Part shown: in pieces, positions 51,667 through 64,000 of the stretch
Layout: every line of letters starts with the position of its first letter
Position numbering within the stretch: position 1 is the first letter of the stretch
Assembly: GCF_035084215.1 (NCBI RefSeq)
Contig: NC_090348.1
Span: forward strand, 32,860,001 to 32,924,000
Source of the DNA: Heptranchias perlo
Lineage: Eukaryota
Length of the DNA: 64,000 nt
Reading direction: 5' to 3'
The notes under the pieces: generated by a model
The model's database searches: none
The model's input: only the letters and a program-made list of their open reading frames with translations
What the model was told of the DNA's origin: nothing
Position numbers and translations under genes: made by a program

Positions 51667-51958
51667 TTTTTTTTTAAAAGGGACAGAGTTAATAAAAAAA
51701 CCAAATCATCAAAAAGGACAATGGAAATGTTTCAAATTAAATCATCATGTTGTTACAATTATCTACTATCCACTCCAGTCTTTGTGATGCCCACCGGTCG
51801 CAGAAGGCCTCAAGCGGCCGATGGTCACCGCGTGCTCTCGCTCCAGGGCCAACCTGGTGCGGACAAGACCATGGAAGAGAGGCAGGCAGCCAGAGCGATC
51901 ACTCCCACAGGCTGTGTCCAACCTGGACTTGTGAATGGCCACCAGGAGGAGAGCCATG
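51667..51958 (-). mobile_element. Tx1 (L1-Tx1) LINE ORF2 C-terminus and 3' UTR
   Basis: Minus: LLLVAIHKSR..CLPLFHGLVRTRLALEREHAVTIG/LEAFCDRWASQRLEWIVD..*, then a T-rich UTR and an A tail; CpG-rich. Confidence 0.75.
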
Positions 51959-52059
51959 CATTTTTGTTTTTTTTTAAAAAAAAGGTCCTTCTGTTTAAAA
52001 AATGTATTTATTTGAGACACTGAGTTAAAAACCTTTTATCTCTGCGCTATAGGTACAAG

Positions 52060-52430
52060 GACAGGCTGGATCGATGGAATGACAGTTCCTTTTCTGATAG
52101 ATTTTAAGCTCTTAAATTAAATGAGTTAGAGCATCTTCAACTTTGTTTTTAGTGGGTGAGAGTCGATTGACCATGAAATGCCTATCATTCAGCACTGGCT
52201 GGCATTAAATTGGTAATCTCACTCAGAGGCTACAAGAATATCTGGTATGGGAAGTGGAGAAACTCATCTACTGGGGAGCAATCTCCTGAAGTTGGGATTC
52301 AGAAATATGATGAGACAGGGAAGCAGGAGCTTTGCTCGACATCTGCTCTGTATTGCACCTGTACTGGGAATGCTGATTCTGATAGTGAAAAGTGTTCCAC
52401 TCCCCAGTATCCACATTTTTCACCTTAATA
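52060..52430 (+). mobile_element. LF-SINE-like ancient SINE
   Basis: gatggaatgacagttcc..ggcattaaattggtaatctc..ggagctttgctc..ctgggaatgctga; related to 20990-21420. Confidence 0.4.
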
Positions 52431-54409
52431 AGAACAGAAACTCATCCATAGAGCACAAAATATATTGATTTCCTCTGAGGCAGATGCAACACTGATGGGT
52501 TTATTTTCACATTAGTTCTTGGAGTGATAGTAACCATATTAATTAACCTGGAATGCTTCTATATAAAATCTGGGAGAAATATTTACTGTTTTGGGTGTAA
52601 AAGATAATGATGGAAAGTTAGCTAGTCTCGAGATTGATGTACGATCATGCTGGTTTCACTCTTACCAGCAAGTTAACAATAGAAAGTAACATCAAAGAAC
52701 ACTAGATCAGCTGAGACTGGGAAACAGAAATGTTACGGCTGAAGTGAATATAAGTCTACTGAGCCAGCATTTAGATGTCCTTCAGAACTTCTTTACTTAA
52801 AAGTTGAACATGCTTTCTGAGCAGAGAGGGCAGCCTGCTAAGTTTCCTTGCAGTGGCAAATTTTGGGGAGAGGGGTGGTGTGGGTTGCAGATTTTATCAA
52901 GATTGCTATTGCTCGCCTGGCAGTTCCTGACATTGACCTTCCAATCAGGCTGATGTTCCCCCTTCAGTCACTGGCCTGATCCCATTCAATCAGTTACTGA
53001 AACTGTCTTGTGTCAGTCACTGAAATTAACAACCCAACGTTCACAAATTGTGAAGGGTATCTTATGTAGTGTAATAGGTATTGCACGTCTGAGCTTCGGC
53101 CATATTGTTTATTTGGCTTGTGGAAGCCACTTTACAAGGAACTGAAACTCACAGCCTACTTTACCAAATGTGACTATCCTCTTCACATTAGGAATAGCTA
53201 ACTCAAAGTCTTCAGCATGGGTGCAATGTCAGTGGCTGAGAAAAAGGGGCCAAAGTCCATCCTTCTGAAACTACCTTTTGAATCAGTTCTGAATCCTCTG
53301 ATTGGTTAGCTGGACATTGGTCTAGACGTAATGCCAGGGTAATGAACACAGGTGTTGGTGAACTGCCTTTAAATCTTCACTCCAGATCTATCCTCAGACT
53401 ACTCTGGAGAGGAAGTACTGCAGTAATTAGACAGCATGGGTGTAAATATTGCATCCAGCAGAAAAAAGCACCAGTCAGTATTAGTCACACCTACCAAACC
53501 CCTTAATTAAGATTAATGAGCAGTGGGTGATAAATAAACAGCAAAATATTAAGGTAAAGTATTTCTATTTTCATAGGGTAGAAAATTGGGAATTGCTATT
53601 AGCAGAAGACATGGCACTTACTGGGTTCCTAGTCTTTTTAACACTAGTATACATGAATATAGCAGCAGAAAATATAGCTGTGGATGATTATCTAGGAGGC
53701 CATTACAAACATTTGCAACTATGTAAGTGCATGTACTATTTGAAAATGAAACATTTTAAATGTCAACTCAAAATTGTTAATTACAAGGCAAAATACAAAG
53801 TGTAGTGTGCCTTGTGTCATTGATCAGGTTATATGGACATGTCATAGCACATGTCTTCATACTTTATTAATTCATACTTGTGCAGGTAATAATTACAATG
53901 TGTAGTGGAAGACAGTAGCAAATGTTTCTTCCAATGAAACACATGCTTTAAGCTTGGATCCCAGAGGCGCATTCATGTTTGGTAATTAAAAGCTGTAGAA
54001 AACTGAGCCTGAGGAAAGGGAACTCGTGATGCTTTTCAGTAACTGGCAGGTTAAAAAAAAAACACTCGAGTAAGAGTTTGTTTCTAGGGAACTGAATATT
54101 GGCATAAATTCCAATTAATAAGACCTGATGCCTTAATATTGCTATAATCGCCTTCAAAACTTATTTAAATAATCTATTTTTATAGCCATTTGCTTAGTGA
54201 AACTACCCAAAGCAGAAATGGTGTATTTTACAGCTCCAGTTACACTCTCATCTCTAATATTTTTCTGAGTTTAATAATATTTTTCTTAAATCCAATTGGC
54301 CATAATAACTAGTTGATTAAATTTGCAACATGACCATCCAAAAGCCAATTAACAACAAATTGTATTCAAATATTCACAGTCAGGTAAGCATTAAGCGATA
54401 TGTTATGTT

Positions 54410-54977
54410 ATGTTACAGCTGTACAGAGCTCTGGTGAGACCCCATCCCGATTACTGCATTCAGTTCTGGGCACTGCACCTCACGGCGGATATAGAGGGGG
54501 TGCAGCACAGATTCACCAGAATGATACCAGGGCTAATAGGGTTAAATTATGAGGACAAGTTACATAGAGTAGGCTTGTATTCCCTTGAATATAGAAGATT
54601 AAGGGGTGATCTAATTGAGGTGTTTAAGATAATTAAAGGATTTGATAGGGTAGTTAGAAACTATTTCCTCTGGTGGGACAGTCGAAAACAAGAGGGCATA
54701 ACCTTAAAATTAGAGCTAGGCCATTCAGGGGCGATGTCAGACAGCACTTCCTTATTCAAAGAGTAGTGGAAATCTGGAACTCTCTTCTCCCAAAAAGCTG
54801 TTGCGATTAGGTCAATTGAAAATTTCAAAAATTAGATTGATAGATTTTTGTTAGGCAAGGACGTTAAGGGTTACAGAACCGAGGCAGGTAGACAGAGTTC
54901 AGATACAGATCAGTGATGATCTAATTGAATGGTGGAACAGGCTCGAGGGGCTGAATGCCTAGTCCTGTTCCTATGTT
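54410..54977 (+). mobile_element. CR1 LINE 3' end
   Basis: LQLYRALVRPHPDYCIQFW..FTRMIPGL..YSLEYRRLRGDLIEVFKI; tail cctgttcctatgtt as at 3110-3230. Confidence 0.92.
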
Positions 54978-56605
54978 TGGAACATTAGTACACCTTTCAA
55001 GAGCAATTCATTGCTTATTATGGTGAATGATATCCTTACAATGCTAATAATGTGAAGGGCCAAGGCTATGCTGATTTGTCAACATAAGCATATAAAGCTT
55101 TGGTTAAAAATGACATGCTCAGGAACTCTGAGGGTTATTGGCTGCACATACATTAAAAAAGAGACACAGATACACATTTAACTGAAAGTCAGTACAGGTA
55201 GGGTTGCTGAATGGTCAGGCTACTATCGAGGCACTATAGATCTTATCCCTGGATCTTAGTAAATAAAAGAGGCTCTAGTATGTTATGTTTGTACCCTGTA
55301 CCTTCAGCACAAATGTTAGTAAGCATATAAAAGAAAGTAGACTAGTCGACTGTTTTCTGGTCCCATGGGGAATTGGGTGCTGTTCTTCTCACACACTTGA
55401 AATGGTTCCAGTTTAACATCTGTCTATTTCAAATGTGGATTTCATATTTACACAATCTTCTGATTCTTTGAAGAATGCAACACCTTTGTAACAATCTCTG
55501 CTGCCTCAAACACTTAATTAGAATGCACAATGTTAGACCTATGATCTTGGCTCCATTTAAACCTTATGATTTCACAGATAGGCAAAACATAAACAAGAAC
55601 AGTCTTTAATACATTCAATCAAGCTTTAGATCTTTGTCTTGCTTAAACTTTCTGATTTCGCATATTGACAAGATTCAAAGGGTACAGTCTCTTTTCTAAC
55701 AACAAACTAACACCACAAGTGGGGAGCTCAGGATGGTGACAAATATTGAAGAAACAGCAGCTTTACCTTTTCCTTTTAAATTAGGTAAGGAACCAAGCTA
55801 GGTTCTTGTTCCTTGGAGAATCCCAAGTCAATCTCTATTCGTGTTGTCCTTCCAAGTCCCCTTCTCTTCTATTCCCGACTCTCACCATTCCTTTTTTGCA
55901 GCCTTCAAATCGGTTATTTTGGCACCATGCCCCTCCCCGGGGGAAGCACACTTCCAGTGTCCTGCACCAGGAATATCGGCCAGGTGGTGTCCACAATGAT
56001 TGGTGCTGAAATCCCAGGTTTTTACTCTATTTAAAAAAGTGACCTGGATTTAGGATTAGATGAAAGTATATCCAAATGTACAAATTATATTAGGCTAAAG
56101 GGATGCTGGTTTTATCACTGTATATAAAAGCAAGGAGGTACTACAGTCGTCATTGATAGTTGTGAATATGCTTTATTTCTAATACTGTGTTCAATTTTGG
56201 GCATGCTATCTTAAAAAAGAAATGCTTGACCTGGAGAAAGTCCAATGGTGATTCCTTTTCTAACTCTCAATATAATTGACTACACATGAGGCTTCAACCC
56301 AAGGCCTGGCCTTCGAATGTACACCAAGATCCCTTTTAACTATATGCATGATTGTGCAACAAATAGTGCCTCTGCAGTGTAGCTAAACTGGAGTATAGGC
56401 TGCTAGATTTGGATTTGTTCTCATTGAAGGAAGGATTAATATTCCAACATCATCCAAAACCTTTAAAATGCTGAAAGACATTGATGATGCCCAGTTTGTT
56501 ATTTAACTTCAGACTTTGGGTGAAGCACTAGAGAGTATATATATAAAATAGGTAAGTTCCATTTAAGACTAGAGGTAATTAGCACCCAATTATTTTAGAA
56601 AAAAA

Positions 56606-56785
56606 AAGAATTGAATTTCCATAGCACCTTATCACGTCTTCCAGAAATGTCTTGCAATACTGCATGTACAATGAATTACTTTGTGGTACAGTGACTATTG
56701 TTATGTAGGCAATTACAGCTGCCATTTTCTGCTGAGTAAAACCCCAAGAACACTAATTAGATGAATGACCAGTTAATCGGTTTTT
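56606..56785 (-). mobile_element. SINE 3' part (SacSINE1-like)
   Basis: aatgaattactttg..gtgactattgttatgtaggc..gatgaatgaccagttaatc parallels 38680-38795. Confidence 0.65.
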
Positions 56786-58993
56786 CATTATGAATATATA
56801 AAGCAGCGACTTTGAATTCCACTGTTAAGCTTTTAATAGCTCTGCTAGAAATTTTACCTCAGCCTCCACTTGTGAAAATTGGAAAATTTTAGATCAAAAT
56901 ATTAACAGTTTGATTTCAGCAGGTTTTTAGTAGTGTCTAAGTAGATGTAAAAAGGATAGTCACTCTAATTTGTATTTTTTTGAGGTGACTGCACTGATTC
57001 CTAAGGAACAAAAGCTTTCTTAATCCAAGTCGACTCTTGTTTTAAGAGCATTTTTGAGTGATGACCTATTCAGCACCTGCTTGACTTCTATGAAGTATTG
57101 TACGGTGACTCAACTAAACCCTAACATCTGACCCTTCCTGTCCGCTGTCAACATGATTAGTTCTGGAGCTGTTCCTTTCAGTTTGATATTATGAAGCAAT
57201 TGGCTAATCCTTAGATCCCTCAACCTTGTTATCCATCTTTTGCATTTATGTCTGTCATGTTGCAGAACCTCAAACTTACCACAAGTGCTTTAGCAAGCAG
57301 TTGCACAGAGAGAAGCCAGGCTAAACATTGTCTCGTGTCTGACAGAACCTTTTGAATGTTCTAATGCTCACTGTTATTTTTCTTATGCCTGACATGCAGA
57401 CAAACAGCATATTATCACATTGCATAAAATCTAAAGCCTCTAAGTTGCCCACTGTACCCAAACCTATTCCACTAAAGTTCAACCATGTCAACTTCATTGC
57501 ATTTTGGTGCTGCTTCAAACTATGTCAGGTATGATGGGGAAGCATTCACAAAAAGGCAGTGTGAAATTTCTCATAATCTCCACAGACAAAAGAAAGCTCT
57601 CCTTCTGAAGAAGCCTTCATCAGGGTTTTGCTTTTACACAGCAATTTAATGCTGGTTTTGAATATCTTTATTGCTTGCATTAACTAGTCTTTTAGTCCAT
57701 GGAATGGATTTTCTTTTCTGTTAAATTTTAAAGCAAGGGATTTTTCACACAAGCCCTCTTTGTTTTACTTTACAAAGTGATTGAAATATGTTGTGCATTC
57801 TGGTACTTCTATGCCAAATGCTCTTGTAGATGACAGTTTCAGCTCTTCACCTCTAGGTGCCTGCTCAAATTATTGCCATATAAAAAGACAGAATGTAATA
57901 AGACTATAAGGAAGGGGTGTGTGTGTGTTTTATTTTACTGGTTTTCAAAATAATATCTATGACCTTCCAACTGAATATTTCCTGTAACACACACACACAA
58001 ACACAGCCTTTTTCTTGAAAACTGCTCCATAATGTCCACATAGGTATGTGGGTTAAATTTTGCTACCCTTTACGAAGCAAAGATCTTCACAGCTACTCAC
58101 TATATCCAGCAACTCAGCCTGCTGAATTCACTATGTGGGGAACTGTACAGAAGTCTGTATCAAGTGACTCTACAACAGTGCATTAGCTGTTTGTGGAAGT
58201 CAGGATTGAAATACAGCTTTTAATGGATTTGTATGTTTTAGAATTGATAAAATTTACTTTGAAAAGATTTGGGATCTGCAAAACTTCAACCCATGTAAAA
58301 CAAGGAACCACTACTCCAAACTTTGACTGAATTAATCCTCAACACTTTAACTGCTATAGTTTATCACAGAATTTCAGAGCACAGATGGGAGCTATTTGGC
58401 CCATTGCACCTGTGCCAGCTCTCCGAAAGAGCTATCCCATTCCTCTGCCCTTTCTCCATAATCCCTTTTATAGCACATCAGAGGTTAATCCACATTAACA
58501 GGTTGGCACACATCTGAAACATTATCTGTGAGAAAGAACAAGAGAAATTAAAGGGGATGTCTGATAACCTTACTGTAAATGATCAATTCTACTGCTACAC
58601 AATTTCAGACTTTCCAGTTCCCATGAATTGGAACAACTTCACGTATGTTCTTCTTTTGGGAGGGGAGGAGTGGTTGGGCAAAACTTCAAACAGCTTCTTT
58701 ATCCTAGTTTGCAGTTGTTTTTTTAAAATTATGCTGCAGTAAAGCAGATGTTTATATTAAAAACAACCAAATGTGTCAAGTGGATTTAAAAAATAGATCT
58801 TGTCATTTGAAAAAAATAGGCCATTTATAGGTCTTGGCTCCTTAACCTGAGCTCCCAGTTGAGAGAGAATGGGCCTTCCACTTCTATACTCATCAGTCCT
58901 TGCCTTTCTGCCCATTCTGGCTAGCAGAAGTGGAAAACTCCGGCCAATGACTAAATTACAATTCATCTAGAGTTTCCTCAGGATACAGATTAT

Positions 58994-59741
58994 GGGGCAA
59001 AACTTACTCAGTCAGGACACCGTTCCTCAATGACATCCTCTCCAACTGCCATTAAATCCATCGGAGCAAGTTCACAAATGCGCACATGTGCAGTAAAACC
59101 CTGAAATTGCGAACTTGCTCTGATTGGTTCACCGGTGTTTTGACAGTTCTGAATTAAAGGGCCACCTACACTACAATCAATACAATCAGCAAACATTTGT
59201 AAACTAACCCATCTGCCCAGCTGGAACAAAGATACTTACACCACGAGAAGCTACGCTTGAAAATACCAGCCCTACACAATTTTTTTAAAGCGCAGTGACT
59301 TATAATGACTGCAATACAACAAAAAATTAAATTTTAAAAATGTGGAATGTCTAATTATTCTTATTTTAATATTTATTGATTAAAAAATAAAACATTTATA
59401 TTTTAATATTTAATTTCTGTGTTTCATTACATTATAAGTCATTTCCTTGCCTTTTTATAATAAGATATGTTAAATTTTTATTTAGACTAATAGGGAATGT
59501 CACTTTAAATGAATGCATATTACTTGCCTGCTTTTGCGCAGGGGTTCCATTCTCACAGTCTATGCATGCGCATGAGGGCCCACGCTGATCTCAAAGCGCA
59601 CCACTGGAGAAGAATTGAAAATGGAGAAGAATTGAAAATGGAGCAAGTGGACGTCATGGGCCATGCAGTAAGTATCTTCGTACTTTTTATCCGCAGGACT
59701 TCGGAGAGCCTTGCCATGCCAGTCGGAGCATGTTCTGGCCC
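58994..59741. mobile_element. Harbinger-type MITE with 3-bp TSD (TAT)
   Basis: TIRs ggggcaaaacttactc / gagcatgttctggccc; tat at 58991-58993 and 59742-59744; GC-rich ends and an AT-rich centre. Confidence 0.75.
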
Positions 59742-62439
59742 TATCTGTCGTTATTAGGACCATACACACTATCTCAGAGGCGCAGCATACAGGAACACAA
59801 AAATACATGAAGGTAAGCTTTGCAGATTCATGCTCTTGAAATGAGGATACTTGCCTGCTTCTCAGTCATTCAACACTTCTGACTTCAATCCAAGCCTTTG
59901 GCTGTGAACCCTGCTTCCATATATTGGCCATTTATACAACAAAGTCTTTTTATTAAGTGACTTTTGTTATATTTGAAGTACATATTATAAGAACATCATA
60001 AGAATGTAAGAAAGCATGGAATGAGAAGAGGACATTCAGTCCATGGAGCCCACTGTATAATTTACTCCGTTATGCACTCTACCTCACCTATTAAATCTCC
60101 GGAGGGAAGGTTCTTCATAACTACTTACATTTCCAAAGATAATGAATCAAACTCCAGAATATCTATCCATCACCACTATTCAACCCCAGCAATATAGGGA
60201 AATATCATATCCTGTGTTACAATACAGAAACTAAACTACTATTAAATATTACAGAACAAAGTCTTGAATGTACCAATAATCTCAGTTATGTCACAGTACT
60301 TTATTTTACAATCAGTATGTCACATATTTCTAAATTTAACCTAGAGCTAATTAACTATTTGATCACAGCTTGCTATACTTTAAATCAACGTTGTTCTCTT
60401 GACAGCTGGTACTGTTGAATACATCTGCCATTTTAGTTCTGGTTCGCCCTTGGTCCCTAGGCTGCACATTCCTTCGATCATCTGGAGCCACTCCTCTTCT
60501 CAAAACAATCTTTTCCTAGCTTTTGTGGAAGCTTGTCTCACTACGTTGGTTGGCCAAGCTCTCTCCTACTTTGCTGCCAGAAGAACAATATTTACCTGAT
60601 CCTCACCTGTCCCCATTTGTTATGCTTTTCTCATTTGCACTTTAATGGTCTCTTGGCAATTTATTTTGTACATCTACACCATTTTGCTAGTGTTCTCCTA
60701 GTGCTGTCCTTACCTAGTATGCCATTAACCTGGTGTTTGTCTGGCACTGTACCAATTACTTACCTTCTATCTTTCTAGTGCTTCTTGGGCCACTACCTTA
60801 CCTTTTCAACAATGTACCTACACCAGAACACACTCTAATCAGGAGACTCTTTCAATCTCTCTCCTTTATTCTTGAGTTTATAAAACTTATCTCTCTTTGT
60901 AGTACAAATAGACATGATTCCAAACTCCTCGCAGTCACGTCACCAAAAAGGACTCAAATGAGGATTTGGCTACAGTTGTGAAGAATTAAATACCAGTGAA
61001 AACATTTCTAAATATTGAGTCTAAAATCCTATTTTTAATGAAATATAAGTAAATACCTGTTTTTGTCAATAATTAAACACCTATCTGTGTCCATTGCATG
61101 TCCAGCTATCATAAGAAGACTTGGTTTGATACCTGTAATTTTGAGAATATAATTTTGTAAACTTGGTTAATAAGTACAGAAAAAAACTGGTATTCTCCCA
61201 TTTACTTTGAAAGTGGAATTTCACCCTGTTTCGTTAGCAAAACAACCAGAAGGATATCATTGTGACCTGTCATCCCTTCTGTATCAGTCTGTAACATCTG
61301 AATGTGGAAAATCATCAGCTCTTTTAAAGGACGATGTGCAGCTTCAGAAAAACATGTCAAAAGATTGCTGAATGGATAAACCTTATTTTTAACATGACCA
61401 CGTGAGCAATGAACAAGTAGATATGTAACACACACGCACATGTTTTCAGGTAATCTTTTTCTAAATGTATCCTTCTTTTAGCATTGAACATCAGTGAAAC
61501 AAAATCACATATCCTCAGTGATCTCTGCTTGTTTTAATTGCCTTCTTGTTCAATCTAAAATTGCATGATTCAGCATTAATTGTGCTGAGCCCCACTCACC
61601 AATGAGTTAAAATTGTCCTGTGGAATAGTAGTGAGAAACATGCTAAGCAGTTAAAATAAACAGATTGACACTTTTGCTAAAACAGCAGGTAACGGAATTT
61701 CACATGGTGGATTTGTTGCTAATATTGCACAATGTGATCTCAATTGAAAACACTAAGGATCTTTGGAGTGTATGAAGGGCATGCTGGTGCACTAGAGATG
61801 CCCTTGTAAATAGGGATTAAAGCAATTTTTTTGGCAGAGTGAGGGGGAATATTCCATACTGCATTTGACCCAAGACATAGGTAACTTAGGAATGCTTAAC
61901 ACCATAGCAGGAGCCTTAAAGCAAGATAGGAAACATTCCCACCAATGTTATTCATCAAGATGAGGAGCATATTTTTTAAAACTAAAGTGGATTTTGACTA
62001 TAAACCTGGCAGCTATTGCACTGCTGTCAGTGTCTTGGCGGCATCCTGACCTGACCAGGATATTAATGTGAGCTTCAGACATTAGGTCTGCTGCACAATC
62101 TTATGGAGAAATTCTAATTATTGAGACAGGAGCTTTTAAGATATGATTTGTAGATTAAATGATTGAATTCAGTTGATAAGATGAGCTTCAAGAAATAAAT
62201 ATATTGCCTGACTTTTAGAAGAAAATATTAATTGAAATAAAAAGACAAATATAAGTCTCTAGGATGTTTATGAATGCTTTCCTCCTTTTTTGCAAAACAA
62301 TGCAGTACAGTATAGTTGTTTCATGAGTTTATTGGTTTGTATGTTCTCACCACTGTAGTTACTCACCATGAGGGATGATCTCCACTGGTCGCTGAGTGTA
62401 TTCAATGCTGGCATCTTAGGTCGCACTAACTCCCCTTTC

Positions 62440-62965
62440 TATTTTTGTTGGCCTTCTTTAGCTTCCTATCTCTCAGTGAACTAAATTCAAAATCATCCTC
62501 CTTGTTTACAAATCTCTCCACAGCTGTAGCCCATTCTACTTCAGTAACCTTCTCCAACCCTACATCCTTTGGTCCTCTGACATTGGCCTGTTATACACCC
62601 CCCCTCCCACCATTCCACCACTGATGGTAGAATCTTCATGTGGAGATGCCGGTGATGGACTGGGGTTGACAATTGTAAACAATTTTACAACACCAAGTTA
62701 TAGTCCAGCAATTTTATTTTAAATTCACAAGCTTTGGGAGGCTTCCTCCTTCAGCAACCTTTATCCAACTTATGTTAATTCTTCACTGACCCCTCCCCTT
62801 TCTGCCTTTGCTCTTTTCTCCCTGCCTTTAAAAGCCTCCTCAAAACCTTTCTTCAAAGATGCCTCTCCTAATCCCTCTACCACTGTTTGGTATCTGTTCT
62901 TTCTCTGGGAAGCAATTTAGGGTATTTACTATGTAAAGGCACTATGTAAATGCAAGTTGTTGTTA
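62440..62965 (+). mobile_element. L2 3' fragment interrupted by a Penelope piece
   Basis: ttcaaaatcatcctccttgtttacaaatctctcc (FKIILLVYKSL)..actatgtaaatgcaagttgttgtt. Confidence 0.75.
62638..62752 (-). mobile_element. Penelope pseudo-LTR 3' fragment (family of 30069-30291)
   Basis: Reverse complement of ~30177-30291, including the terminal gtcaaccccagtccatcaccggcatctccacat. Confidence 0.88.
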
Positions 62966-63397
62966 GGTTAGCAACATTGTAAACAAAACGAGGCACTTCC
63001 CCAAAGCAATGGCTCCTCTCCTGCACTTCCTAACAGAGAATTGAAAGCCTGTTGCCTTTTTTCTTCTATGCCAAGAACATCATGCAAAGGGACTAAAGAG
63101 ATGGCAGAATAATTAGCTTAACAATGAGAGGGAAAGATTTTCTCTGTTCACTATTTGTAAGAAAATGATACATTTTATACATGCATTTATGATTTTGTTC
63201 CAAATGCCAAACGGAGGAAATATTCTTCTAAGGTCTTTTAAAAAAATTTAGATGATGCTACGTATATTTGGTCAACTAGATGTCTCACATTCACAGAATC
63301 CCATCAACATGCTTAAGAGACTCCAACCAAGCTAGAGATCTATGCAGAGAGTGTTTCCATTCACTCAAAATGAAATGCTGATGCTTTCTCACTTTAG

Positions 63398-63418
63398 GGA
63401 CGCCGCAGAATAGCACCG
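63398..63418 (+). other. Candidate 21-nt microexon
   Basis: tgctgatgctttctcactttAG|ggacgccgcagaatagcaccg|GTaagc; frame-preserving, 3 CpGs in 21 nt. Confidence 0.45.
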
Positions 63419-64000
63419 GTAAGCAAACCACTGCATGTCCAGCTAGCACCACACTACCACAGAACCAAGTGAGAACAATATGAACCCCTAGTGACAGATC
63501 TACCCCTCTAGGTCCCATTAGTCAGCCAGGCAGGCTGGTCAATTGTCAGCAGGGGTCTTGAGTACTGCCTGGCTTAGATAATAATTATCAAGTTTGCCAC
63601 AGAAGTTTGATACAGTTACAACCTACCATCAGTTTGCAAGTCACTTTGATACTTCTTTTAATTCCAAAGAGATTGCCCTTACTCCACCCCCAAAATGATT
63701 GACCCATCCGCTAATCTTTGTAATCTCTATGGAGAAGCAAAAATAGAGCAACAACTCCTGCAGACACTTTAGGAAAACACCAGGAAATTCCCTTCCAATT
63801 CAATCCAGGAGATTATGGTCTTCATAAATCCTCACAATTACAACTACTAGCAACATACCCTCTGTAACTGGCAAATTCTTCTTCACTCAGAAACCTTTCA
63901 AGTTCCATTTTAAGGAACAACAGCAAATTCATACCAACCACATAGTCAGGTAGTCTGCACCAGAAGGTGATGATTCTCCGTAAAAAGAAATGCTTCCTGG

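Noticed and set aside
52052-52110. Terminal exon YKDRLDRWNDSSFSDRF*
   Set aside because: Overlaps the LF-SINE-like remnant; no supporting homology.

Overview
AT-rich, repeat-dense vertebrate genomic DNA, almost certainly from a shark or other elasmobranch, judged from the SacSINE1-like Deu-SINEs and the CR1/L2/Penelope families. No intact host protein-coding gene is recognisable; nearly all longer ORFs in the track are transposon debris or their antisense shadows. The window holds many truncated CR1 and L2 LINEs (some nested), tRNA-derived SINEs, a Tx1 3' fragment, a decayed PIF/Harbinger transposase with several 3-bp-TSD MITEs, and two Penelope-like retroelement families carrying minimal type-I hammerhead ribozyme motifs. 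The most notable items are a young, near-perfect 95-bp-arm palindromic Penelope insertion with a hammerhead on each strand (30.07-30.29 kb), a 171-bp apparently templated insertion inside a CR1 endonuclease region, and a candidate 21-nt microexon with a UGC-containing acceptor (63398-63418). Family names come from recalled motifs, not database searches, and boundaries of old repeats are approximate.
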